From NCBI RefSeq assembly GCF_964194155.1, contig NC_135896.1, forward strand, positions 39,122,001 through 39,186,000: a stretch of 64,000 bases of DNA. Direction: 5' to 3'. Source of the stretch: Cetorhinus maximus. Its lineage: Eukaryota. Numbering within the stretch: the stretch's first letter is position 1; every line of letters starts with the position of its first letter. A program made the position numbers and the translations under genes. The notes beneath the pieces are model-generated. The model was not told where the DNA came from. It saw only the letters and a program-made list of their open reading frames with translations, and ran no database searches. This document shows positions 49,446 through 61,449 of this stretch, piece by piece.

Positions 49446-50636
49446 TAGGAGACCGATAGAGGAACAAGCAATGCTCATGTCTGAGCCCTCGTTGAAGAAT
49501 ATATATGGGAAAGTTGTAGCCTTTCATTGTGAATAATGAGCTGAGAGGAAAGATTTTTAATCAAACTCCTGTGTTCAAATGTTTTTTTTCCCATTTGGAG
49601 GGAAAGTGGGAGTTAAGTATTATTGTGGTGGTGCATTGCATTAAGTAATTGCTTAGTGGGAGCACTTGAGAAGTATCTCTGTATGAAAGCTGTTTGATCT
49701 GAGTGGAATACTTTTCTTTAATTAAACTTTTTGATGAAAAAAAGGGTATAATTTCAGAAAGTAATATTATAAAAATTAGCTCAGTATGTCTACTTGATTA
49801 AATGACTTAAGGAAAGAGCCTTTGCGTCCACTTTTTTGGCAGTGGCTTTAGTCTGATTACAAGCATAAATGTATCAATATTTTATATAGAATAGACACTT
49901 AAGGAGCTGTAGCAAACATTATTTTCAAGGGCAGTGTCTGCAATATTATTGAGACTATATGTATCTATCTACTTTGAGCTAGACATCGAAATTTGGATTT
50001 GTTCAGTAAACTTACTTTTCTCCCCTTGTGTTTATGTTGAATATTAACACTTAAATATATTTGCCATATTTCAATAAGAATGCAAACTCACTTGGTTGTT
50101 TTTATGTTGTATTTCATTGGAATGAGCAAAGTAGAGATTATTGTAATATTTCAAGAAATAATCCAAGAAACATTATGAGGAGCATGAATAGAATAAAGTT
50201 AGTGATAATTTACTCATGGCAAACACAATCAGAAAAAGCAATTTGCTAGAACAGTGATGCAACAAATCTTTCTTATGAAAATCAATAAGTAATTCCAAAG
50301 TTATTTTGCAGTTGCCCTACTTGGATTCCAAGCTAGGTAACTTTCTAATCAATTATGATTGAGAATGAAATACAAAAGGAAAGCACACTGTAAAGTGAAA
50401 AACTTAAATAAAGGGGTTTATGCATTGGAAAACCCAGGTAAAATTGAATGCAACCCCTGACTTTTGACTGCTTCTCAAAGAACTTCAACTTCATTTCAAT
50501 TTTAACATCATGGAAAATTATCCTAATATGACAATAAATAAAAGAAATGCTAAGTGAATGATTCATAATGTTTAATTGTACAGTGTTGTTTCCAAAGTGA
50601 ATATTCAGGCACTTAGCCTATTACTTAATTATTATT

Positions 50637-51612
50637 TGTTATGATCCCCATGGAGATCAACAAAGCAAAAGAACCAAATTTACTAAGTACCTCAATGAAA
50701 AACCAATGAACAAGATTTCACCTTTTTTATAACTTTTACTTTAACAATCAAACCAAATCAACATATATTAAATGTGAATTAACAGAAAAATTGCAGAAAA
50801 ATATAAATTATAAATTACACATTAAATAGCAGCAAATACAAGAAAGATAGATCTCAGATTTATCAAGGAGCCCACTCAGCATATATGGCTCCAATTTCAG
50901 GCACAAAGTCCTTCAAGGCTCTGGTCGTCATCAGATAGAATTCCAGCTCCTTCTCTTCACGGAGTTAGCCAACAATTCTCATCTGACAGCAGCTCTCACT
51001 CAAACCATATACAATCTTCAATAAAATGCCGCACTTCTCCAGAACCGTCTCAGCTCTGCTCCTGGTTACATGGATGCACCAGAATCACTTTATCTGAACC
51101 ATCAGTAACAACCCTGTGCATTGTATGACTGATTCTGGTCAATCAATTACTTTAAAGCAACTTAAAGAGCACCTGCAACCTTGTATTTACTTAACACCCA
51201 CTCTTGGGTCTATCCTTCATGTCCTCCATTTCCAACCATGCCTCCACACTCTTCTCCTGTTCAAAACCTGGTCATTTGGGCCAGTTTTTGTGCTGCGCCC
51301 TGGGTCATGGGATCACAGGTTTTTTGTGCCCTTTTTGTCTTAATATACCAGGTGCTGAACTGCACCGAACCATACCAGACCACGCCGTGCCAGCTGAGGT
51401 CACGTCAGGAGAGGCAATATATATGTGTGTGCCCTGGCGGATGCATGGAGTCTTGTGGTGTGCTTGTGTCCAGCGTTCCAATCATGGCGAACTCAGGGCA
51501 GGGCGGGGGAGAGGTGGAGTACATCCTGAAGGAGGAACCCAAGCAAACCTGTTCCATGTCTCTGCCATGTTGCTCAGTGCCTGCAAACTCAAAAACCACA
51601 GATTCCATCACA
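50637..51612. mobile_element. Solo LTR
   Basis: TGTTATG...CATCACA termini (imperfect inverted repeat) with 4-bp TSD TATT at 50633-50636 and 51613-51616. Confidence 0.75.
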
Positions 51613-52829
51613 TATTCTAAATCTTACTTATGATGATTTCCATTATATGGGAGTAAAATATCTCTCAGTGAGAAAAAGGTCCAGAAATTATATGAAATAA
51701 AAAGATTTATGTTCTACTTGCAGGAGAATATGTGTATAATGTTCAGTAAATTAATCTAGCTGCAAACTGTTGAATTAACAAGATATAAAATAGCATTTAA
51801 GAAAAGGACCTAGTTTATCTAATTTAAACCAATGTACTATAAAATAACAACTAAAATATTTTCAATAAAAACATCTACATGTAAAACAGTTTAACTTTTG
51901 TTTAGATTGCATAATTGTTAACCAAAAGTAAAATACCAATCAAAATGTTGCTATATTATTCAAGTGACATAAAAAATATAATAATCTAAGACAATTCACA
52001 ACCACTGTTCCCCAAAGGTAGAGTATTTGTTTCCTTACGAGTAGTTAACTTGCAAAATATTTCAGAGCTACACAAAACTTGAGATGGATAACATTGATGA
52101 TAATTAGCCTTACCAAATCTATTTCACAAAAAATATAGCAAATAGTTCCTTGCATGAAGATTATGTACTAATTATCTGTAAAAATGCAGAACTTGAGGTG
52201 TAATTCTCATTTGCTTCTTCATTTGCTAATAAATATATTTCACAATTTGGGAGCACCATCACCACAAGCATTACAGCAATCAAGAAGGCTTCCCATCACC
52301 CCAGCGCAACATGATGTTTAGATTCCTGAGAACAAATTTAAAGAGTATAACACAGCAAATATATATTTTCCACTGGTTATGCAGAAAATGCTGTCCATTT
52401 AAGATTCAGTTTCCCTCCTGCACAATATGAGTGCCCTCAAGTGGCCATCTTTTTCATGCACCTTGTGAATTACAAAATGTGAAAACAATTTTTCCTTCTC
52501 AATCATTCCATCCTATTGACAGGAAAGCTTACTTTGTGGTCTTATGAAAGCAAGATAAAGCAATTAATTATCAACTTCATCATCATTAACGACAAGATTT
52601 TGAGAGCCAGGGGAGGGGATGAGAATATGGAATTTGAATTACTTTTATTCAAATAATTTGAACTAAATGTTTTTCCTGTCTTTGAATTCATTAGCCTTCA
52701 CATGAATAAGTGATCTCAGTCCCTGTTTGGGAAGTAGCTTCTGCTACATTACTAAGTCTAATGTTGAACAGAAAAACTCAGAAAGCAGCAATTTGTGAAA
52801 GCTCAGCCACGCCAATTGGTTGTTTTGTA

Positions 52830-52995
52830 AATGTTCTTGTTGATGCAGAATGTGCAGCAACAGAGGGTGGTCTTGTTTGGTGTTCAAAGGCACTCAGTTC
52901 AAATTGGAAGTGCAAGTTATATGGATAGTGGTGAGAGAATGCAGTCCGTCAGATTCACCATTACTGAAACAAATAAGGAAAAAGTTCAATGACAT
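52830..52995 (+). pseudogene. Ancient Myb/SANT-like relic
   Basis: LLMQNVQQQRVVLFG and, in another frame, KQIRKKFNDI, spaced as in a Harbinger Myb/SANT domain. Confidence 0.4.
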
Positions 52996-53109
52996 CGGGC
53001 AAAGTTAAGTGTAGGCACCACTTATATGCCGACATGGATCCAATGTTCATCTGCTGCACCTTTCAAGAGACATTGAGGCGGTGGATAGAGGAAGATCAGT
53101 TTATGGCAT

Positions 53110-53241
53110 ACTAAGTCCCATTGCCCCATCACCCTGTTCTTGTTGATCTACATTGGCTTCTCACATAAAATTTGAAATCCTCATCTTGAGATCCCCCCAC
53201 AGCCTTGCCCGCTCTATTTTTGTAACTTCCTCAAATCCTAT
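53110..53241 (+). mobile_element. L2 LINE 3' fragment (H3 target; continues after 57280)
   Basis: Decayed PIT..LVDLHWL...FEILIL...LA..YFCNFLKSY motif. Confidence 0.55.
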
Positions 53242-53539
53242 GGGCAGAATTTTGAGGTTGTCGGGCGGGCACGACGGGTAGACCTAGGTGTGGCCGGTAA
53301 ATGGTCCGCCATCCGCGATTGGCACCTGACCGTGATTTCATGTTGGCGGGCCAATTAAGGCCCGCCCAGCATGAAACATGGCTCTTCACTGGTCAGCAAG
53401 TGGCGGACAGGGGCGGGGGCCTGTTGGCCGCTGGGTCCATTGGCAACCCAACAGCCAGTTTAAAACCGGTACAGTCAGACCCTGGAAGGCTGCCGGCGAC
53501 AAGGAGAACTTCAGTGTTGTGAGCAGGCGAGTATAAATT

Positions 53540-55057
53540 ATGGAGAGTAATGCGGCTGCAGACGCCAGGCGGGAGGGCAGGTCAGGTGGGCACTCGGCCC
53601 CCTGTTTTCTGATGAGTGCCTCACGGTCCTCCTGGAAGAGATGGCTGTCAGGAGGGACACCCTTGTCCCCAGGGGTGGAGGGAGGAGGCCAACGCACCCA
53701 ACGAAAAGAGCTTGGGAGGAGGTGGCAGTGCTATCAGCAGCCATGATGTGGTGCAGTGCCACAAGAGGTTTAATGACCTGCTGCGCTCAGGAAGGGCGAG
53801 TGCTGTGTTGGCATGGATCAGTGTGGTGAAGTGTTAAGGTCTGGCCATTCCCCTGTGGAGCTCAGGGGTGTTAGAGTCTGAGTGCCAATTGTCAATAACG
53901 TTGGAGGGGGTGACCTCTGGCTGCTTGGAATGAGTGCCTTGCAGTTCAAGGGCCACAACTTGGGTGTGCCCTGCAAGGCGTTCCTCAGGCGGGGTTGGCC
54001 AGGCTGCAATGGCGCTGCAGGTAGAGAGGGGACTAATCTATGCTCCTCTGTCCTTTCAGGAGAAGACCGCCCATAACAACATCGAAAGATTGAGGACCGG
54101 CGGAGGCTCAGCTAGCCTGCTAAACCTTTCCAGATTTGAGTAGGACGCCTTGGACCTGTAGAGGCACCAGGCACCTCGGTCAACCGGCCGCGGAGAAGCT
54201 GAGGCGTCAGATGAAGGTAAGAGTGCAGTGCACAGAGGTGAGAGTTTCAGATGCTGCAAACATTCTTGTGTTGTCTCATCATTGAAACTGCATTCCCCAT
54301 TGATCACTGAAAGATGATGGCACCATGATGCAGATCTCCATTGTCTCACCAGGGTGCCTGGCATGCACAGTGACAGTGTGATGACTTAAACTAATGACGT
54401 TGTTGTTCTCCCTTAGGTTTGCCACCATGCACCCAATCACAGAACCCCGAAGACCCAACCTGACACCAGAGGACCACCAGGCTCCAGAAGAACCTGTGTC
54501 ACTCCCGCTCTCTAAACCAGGCATCAGCGCAGATACCAGCACCTTGATGGGCATTAGATCTTTGGCTGGAGTGTCGGTGCATAGTGGTGAGGGCACTTCA
54601 CACTCGCTTGAGGTGCAGGCGGAAGAAGAGAGTGCCCAGGACGTCGGCATTCGGAGGACTGCTGGAGACCAGGACGATGCTGAGTCGAAGGCAGATGATG
54701 AGCCTCTGGAGTCATCCATTAGGTGGCAGATGCTGGTTGCCCAGCGAGATATCTGGGAGGATCTGGCAGAGATCCATGAGGGTATGCATGCCATGGTCAC
54801 CGTTATGGAGAAGTCCATGTGAAGCATGAGCACTGAGGTGGCGTCTGATGGGCTGCGATGACTAAGGAGATGCCAGCTGTGGCACTGGGCGCTTCCCCCC
54901 AGGCGGGGCCAGCACAGGCTCCACTGGCCAGAGGATGACCGCCGAGGTCATCAAGGCCAACAGGACAGCAGAGTCAGCAGGCTGTCTCCAATGCTGGTGC
55001 CACCGACGGGAGAGAACCTAGACATGGCAGTCAAAAACATAAACTTAAGGAACATGA
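53540..55057 (+). pseudogene. Harbinger Myb/SANT-like gene of H3, 3 exons (53540-about 53795, 54060-54216, 54417-about 55057), disrupted
   Basis: MESNAAADARREGRSGGHSAP...LLEEMAVRRDTLVP...KRAWEEVA...VQCHKRFNDLLRSGR. Acceptors tttcag and ccttag, donor gtaaga. Internal deletion near 54840 relative to H2. Confidence 0.85.
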
Positions 55058-55388
55058 GCACAAGAGGGACTGGTCACGGGAGAACTTCTGTTGTGCAATG
55101 CTTTGTTTATTTTAACTGGTCTGGTGATGAAGACCAGAGAGGTTCTGTTAATTTGTTTTGAGTGTCAACATGAGATAAATTTTTTTTTGTTGTAATGGCC
55201 TGAGTATGCTTCACCTTTTTTGTTTAACGTGGTGCAGAGTGCACCAGTATGTAAAGCTGGATGTGGGTGGCTTGAAACTTTATTGCACAGACACTGAGTG
55301 GATTTTGGGTGCAAATGAAAGGGTAATTTCAGACATCTGGGATGGAGGCGGCAGCCCTGGCATGAGGCTGAAGCTGATCTTTGGTAGC

Positions 55389-56568
55389 CTAGTTGAAGGA
55401 GTGTTGGATAAAGGCGTCCCTGCCTCCCTGAAGGATACAGAGATCTGCCTCCACGCCCTCCGCATTCTCCTCACCATGCTCCTCTTCTGACTCACTACTG
55501 GACTCATCATCTGTGGCCTGTGCAGCTGCGTCAAGATCCTCTTCCACCAGAGGATCCCCCCTTGCCAGTGCCAGAATGTGGAAAGTGCAGCATGCAACCG
55601 CCATCAGTGACACCCACCCCTCAAACAGTCTAGGCATCAGAAGCGAATATTGAGAAGAGCTATGGTCCTCTCTATCAGCGCTCTTATTGAGGCATGACCC
55701 TTCTCTGCCTCTGTTCTTGGGTGGCAGAAAGGCGCCATGAGCCACCTTTTCAATGGATAGCCCTTGTGACCCAGCAGCCATCCATCCAGTCAGGCTGGAG
55801 CACTGAAGAGCCTCGGCACCTGGGAGTGTCTCAGGATGTAAGTGTCATGGGAGCTACCAGGGGACCTTGCACAGACTTGCAGAATCTCCATCCTGTGGTC
55901 ACACAATATCTGCACGTTCTTGTTCCTCTTGATGAAGGCACCTGGCTGACCCACTGGCGCCTTGATAGTCACGTGTGTTCAGCTGATGGCACCCTGGATG
56001 CGGGGGAATCCAGCAATCGCTGCAAGCCCTCTGGCTCACTCATCTCGCTGGCCTCGTCCGTACGGTAAAGAATAAAGGTCAGAATCCGCCTGAACAGAGC
56101 TTCTGTCACCAGCTTAATGCAACTGTGGACAGCTGATTGGGACACTCCACAAAGATCCCCCACTGACCCCTGGAAAGAGCCAGAGGCATAGAGGCTGAGG
56201 GCCACAGTGACCTTCAGAGCCACTGGCTTGGGGTGTCCACCCGTGCAATTGGAGCTGATCTCAGGCCCAATCATCTGACAAATGTAGGTCACTGTCTTCC
56301 TTGAGAGGCGGAGCCTCCTTTGGCATTGCACCTCGGACATATTGAGGTAGCTGCATTGCCGCCTGTAAGCCCTGGCAGCAGGATAATGGCGTCTTCTGCG
56401 ACCCCTTCCACCTTGGACTTCCTGCTGGCCCTGCGCTCCTTGTGCCTGCGCCTCTCCTCCCACAGGTCCCTCTCCTGGAAGCTGCATTGGGACACCTGGC
56501 CTCCTCTCCCTTCTGCCCCTCTCTGCCTCCTCAGAGGAGGTGCCACCAGCGGAGACCACAATGCCCAT
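55389..56568 (-). pseudogene. HARBI1-type DDE transposase of H3, disrupted
   Basis: YLNMSEVQCQRRLRLSRKTV, ALKVTVALSLYASGSFQGSVGDLCGVSQSAV, SPGSSHDTYILRHS, VACCTFHILA. Confidence 0.9.
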
Positions 56569-56767
56569 TACCAGGGTAACGGAAGGCTGTCTGATACCTG
56601 GAAGGGTGCACATGTTCTGAATCCTCCAAGACACCACTTTGGATTCACCAATAAGTCCCGAAATGAAGCCTGGAAATGCTAAGCATGAAGCCCCAAACAG
56701 AGATGAAGCTGCCAAGTACCAATAAGTCACCAGCAGCAAACTATCTACCAAACTCCTCACTACCCAC

Positions 56768-56944
56768 TAAGATAAAAGCAAAATACTGCGGATGCTGGAA
56801 ATCTGAAACAAAAACAAAAATAGCTGGAAAAACTCAGCAGGTCTGACAGCATCTGTGGAGAGGAACTCGAAACGTTAACTCTGTCTTCCTCTCCACAGAT
56901 GCTGTCAGACCTGCTGAGTTTTTCCAGCTATTTTTGTTTTTGTT
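56768..56944. mobile_element. Penelope-like fold-back remnant inside H3
   Basis: Inverted arms around actcgaaacgttaactc, flanked by CCTCACTAC(C/T)CAC at 56755-56767 and 56945-56957. Confidence 0.85.
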
Positions 56945-57644
56945 CCTCACTACTCACACTGGCAATGCTACTGACCCTTTTTAACCTACCCTTGGATGAG
57001 GTTTTTGAAACTGTGGGCAGTCAGCCTGCCCATTTTGCCTGTGCAATGTGCGCAAAATCGCGAGGCAACAAAAAATCACCGTCAGTTGGCTTCTTAATGG
57101 CCTTAAGTGGCCTGTTAATTGATGGTGGGCATGGCTCTGGTAACTGCCCGTGCCCGCCAACTGAAATATCGCACAAGTGTGCAATGATGTCAGGACGCTC
57201 ACCTGATGTCATCGCGTGCTATTTTACGCCCGATCGGGTCGGGCGCATGCCTGCCCGCAGGACATAAAATTCTGCCCTATAATTCCTGTTCACAAAAACA
57301 CTGTTCTTCCTGTTCCGCCCTTTTTATCCATTCTTCCCCCTTTGCCCCACCAATAGCAGCAGCTCTTGGGACCCTAATCTCTAGCAATCTCTCCCTGAAC
57401 ATTTCTACCTCCTTCGAAAATTGCCTCTGTCAGACATGTAAACTGTCCATTCTTGATACACTATCAGTTTTCCTTAAGCCTTCATCTAATGTATGTTGCT
57501 ATGCTCCCTTTCTTAAAGACACCAAATAAATGCAGTTAGTTGTTGTATACATGGATTTTCAGACAGCGAAAGCTTCTGCACAGGAAATTGTTAGCTAAAA
57601 TTGAGGTGCACAAAACTGAAGGTAGAATCAGGGAGCTGGAACAC

Positions 57645-60165
57645 GAACATACGAATTAGGAGCTGGAGTACAGCCTGCTCCACTATTTGATAAGATCATG
57701 GCTGATCTGAATGTAGCCACAACTCAAATTTCCTGTCTACCCTCTTTACCCTTAGATTCTTGATTGACAAGAGAGTCAATATAAGTCAGCCTTAAAAACA
57801 TTCAGTTATCCTGGCTCTACTGCTCTGAGCATGAAAATTCCATAGACTAATGACCCTTGGAGAGGAAAAATTTCTCCTCACTTCCATCTTAAATGAGAGG
57901 CCCATCATTTTTAAAATGGTGTCCCCTCATTCTAGACTCTCCCATAAGGGGAAACATCCTCTGAGCATCCACCCTGTCAAGTCCCTTCAGGGTTTTATAA
58001 GTTGCTCCAATGAGATCACCTCTCATTCTTCTAAGATCCAATGGATACAGGCCCAACATTTCCTCAGAGGTAACCCCTTCATTCCAGGAATCAGCCAAAA
58101 GAATCTTCTCTGAATTGCTTCTATGCAATTATATCCTTTCTCAAGTAAGGATTCCAAAACTGTACACAGTATTCCAGATGTAATCTTGCCAACGTGCTGT
58201 ACAACTGTAGCAAAACTTCCCTATTTCTATATTCCATTCTCCTTGCAATAAACAACAACATTCCATTTGCCTTCCTAATCACTTGCTGCACCTGCATACT
58301 AACTTTTTGTTATTCATGTACCACAACACCCAGGTCCCTCTGTATTGCAACATTCTGCAATTTCTCTCCATTTAACTGCTTTTCTAGTCTTCCTGCCAAA
58401 GTGGACAAGTTAAATTTTCCCACATTACACTCCCTCTGCCATCTTTTTTGCTCACTCACTTAGTCTATCTATATCCCTTTGCAGACTTCGTGTGTCCTCT
58501 CACAACTTTCTCTTCTACCTATCTTTGTGTCATCAGCAAATTTAGCAACTGTACATTTGGTCCCTTCATCCATAGATAGTTGAGGCCCCAATACTGATCC
58601 CTTTGGCACCCCACTAGTTACAGCTTGCCAATCTGAAAATGACCCTACCCTCTGCTTCCTGTCAGCTAACCAATCCTCTTATCTATGCTAATATGTTACT
58701 CCCTACACTGTGAGCTCTTATTTTGTTTAAATCCTTTGATGTCACACCTCATCATATGCATTTTGGAAATCCAAGTACACCACATACAGGTTCCCCTTTA
58801 TTCACGTTGCTTGTTACTTCCTCAAAGAGCTAATAAAGTAGTCAAACACAATTTCCCTTTCACAAAACCATGTTGATTCTGCCTGATAGCATTAAGGTTT
58901 TCTAAGTTAATAAAGGATTCTAGCATTTCCTTATGATAGATATTAGGCCAACTGGCCTATAGTTTCCTGCTTTTTGTCTCCCTCCTTTCTTGAACAGAGG
59001 AATTACATTCACTATTTTCCAATCTTTTGGGACCTTTCCAGAATTTTGGAAAATTACAACCAATGCATCTACTTTCTCAGAAGCCACTTCCTTTAAGATC
59101 CTAGGCTGAAATTCATCAGGTCCTGGGGACTTTCATTCTAATAATTTTCTTATACCCTTTCCCTGGTGATTGTAATTTTTAAAGTTCCTCCCTCCCTTTC
59201 ACCTCTTAATTTACAAGTATTTCTGGGATGTTATTTGTATCTTCTACAGTGAAGACAGACACACAATATCTGTCCAGCGCTTCCACCATTTCCTTATTTC
59301 CCAATATTCACTCACTCTAGTTACTCTTTTCCTTTTTAAATACTTGCAGAAACTCTTACTATCTGTTTTTATATTTCTAGCTAGCTTTCTCTCATACTCT
59401 AATTTCTCTGTCATTACTTTTTAAATCATTCTTTGCTGATTTTTAAGTTCTGTCAAAATTTTCTTACCTACCACTAATCTTCGCAGAAGTGAACTTTTTT
59501 TTCAATTTGACACTACCTTTAACTTCTTTAGCTAGCCACAGATGGTGCATCTTCCTCCTAGGGTACATGTGGTTCTTTTGCTGAGTATTATGAAGTATCC
59601 CCTTAAATGATTGCCACTGCATCTCTACTGACCTACCCCTTAAGCTAATTTCCCAGTTCACTTTAGCCAGCTCTGTCTTCATACCATTGTAATTCCCTTT
59701 ATTTAAGTTTAAAACACTAGTCTTCGACCCACTCTTCTCTCCCTCAAACTGAATGCAAAATTCAATCATGTTATGATCATTGTTACCTAGAAGGTCCTTT
59801 ACACGAAGTAATTAATTAAGCCTATCTCATTGTACATTACCAGTTTTAGAATAGCCTGCTCTTTGGTTGACTCTAGAAGGTGCTACTCTAAGAAATTGTC
59901 CTGAAAAGACTATGAATTAATCTTCCAGGCTACACTTGCCAATCTGATTTGTTTAATCTATATATAGATTAAAAGCACCCATGATTATTCCATACCTTTC
60001 ATACAAGCCCCTATTATTTCATCTTATATACTCCATCCTGCAGTTTAGCTACTGTTAAGGGACCTATAAACTATTCCCACAAGTGACTTCTTACTTTTAC
60101 TATTTCTTATCTCTAGCCACTGATTCTACATCTTGATCTTTAGAATTGAGGTAATCTCTCACTAT
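57645..60165 (-). mobile_element. CR1 LINE, degenerate ORF2 and 3' UTR
   Basis: LGLYPLDLRRMRGDLI.TYKTLKG and LNLNKGNYNGMKTELAKVNWE, with RT remnants throughout. Confidence 0.9.
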
Positions 60166-60238
60166 AAAAGATAAAAAGGGGCATTCTCATATTGGCAGAC
60201 AATGATGATTGTTGACCTTTCAGGGAGTGATCAATGCA

Positions 60239-60985
60239 AGGCCCCAGCTTTTCACTTAATTACCCAAATCTTCTTGTTTCCAGGTTTTGAAGATGCAATG
60301 TATGTCTTGAGATCCATGCCAGGACCATGTGGGAATTGCCCAGGAAGTTTAAACTTCCGATGGGCTGATTCTTTGCTGCCCAGGACCCTCCGCAAACGTC
60401 TCCGGCTCTGAGCTCAAGGTGGAGACTTGGGCTAGAAAAGCAGGACTTAATTACATACTCACCCTGGAAATGTTAGACAGTTTAATACCTGTTCTAACAG
60501 CTGCACAACTCAACTCAGCACTACAACTGACGCTCCACCAATTGCCTGCCGACCACCCGACTACACCCCCAACTCAACCCCACTATCCCCCGACCATCCG
60601 ACTACTCCCCTGACCACCCCTTAACCCGATCTGGCTACCCCCAACCCGACTGCACCCCGACTAGATCCGACCATCCCCCAACCAACCACCTACTCTCTGA
60701 CCGGGCCCAACTAACCTCTTGACCACTGAACTATTCATTCACTCACCTACTCATTCATTAAACGACTTGGGCTTTTAAAAACGTATTTCAATACGGCAGC
60801 TAGTGCTGTAAAAGGGAGGAGTGTCCTCTCCTTCTCCAGACTCTACGCTCGCTGGACTTACCTGGGGACGCTGACAGCCGCGATCGGAAGATCCTGGAAG
60901 AAATGGGCAGTATCGTCGGGTCAGTAAAAACTTCGCGGGCAGCGGCAATGCGTCCAGCATTCCCACTGCCTGGAAAATCGGGCCT
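60239..60985. mobile_element. Harbinger-type MITE with C-rich tract (opposite orientation to 42759-43810)
   Basis: Termini aggccccagcttttc / gaaaatcgggcct with an internal cccgactacc-like tract at 60545-60720. Confidence 0.65.
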
Positions 60986-61174
60986 ATATTTCAATGGCCA
61001 GAATTAGAAGTAGAAAAGAGTAGATCCAAATTTGCAAAAGACACGAAGCTATAAGATACAGTAATTTGTGAAGTAGGGAACGGAAAATTGGAAAAAGGCT
61101 GTTTAGATGATTGGATAACACAGTTTATTAGAAATAAACTTGGGTAGTGTCAAATGATTTAGGGGTCCAGGTAT

Positions 61175-61445
61175 GAACATAGGAACATGAGTAGGCCATT
61201 CAGCTAATTGAGCCTGCTCCCCCAATCAATTAAATCATGGCAGATCATCTACCTCAACGCCACTTTCCTGCACTATCTCCATATCCCCTGATGTTATTAG
61301 TCTCCAGAAATCTGTTGATTTCTGTTTTGAACATGTTCAATGATTGAGCTTCCTTGGCCCCCTGGGGGAGAGAACTCCAAAGATTCACCACCTTCTGAGT
61401 GAAGAAATTCCTCCTCAATTTAGTCTTAAATGGCCTACCTCTTAT
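61175..61445 (-). mobile_element. CR1 LINE 3' end
   Basis: gaacataggaacatgagtaggccattcagc...aagattcaccaccttctgagtgaagaaattcctcctc is a typical CR1 3' end in reverse. Confidence 0.75.
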
Positions 61446-61449
61446 GAGA

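Larger units (their letters stand above)
53242..57277. mobile_element. Near-full-length PIF/Harbinger transposon (H3)
   Basis: Perfect 12-bp TIR GGGCAGAATTTT / AAAATTCTGCCC, perfect TSD TAT, and the same gene layout as H2. Confidence 0.95.

Noticed and set aside
51181-51633. 150-aa ORF as a host gene
   Set aside because: It lies almost entirely within a TSD-bounded solo LTR and has no recognisable domain. Only the embedded segment is kept as a finding.
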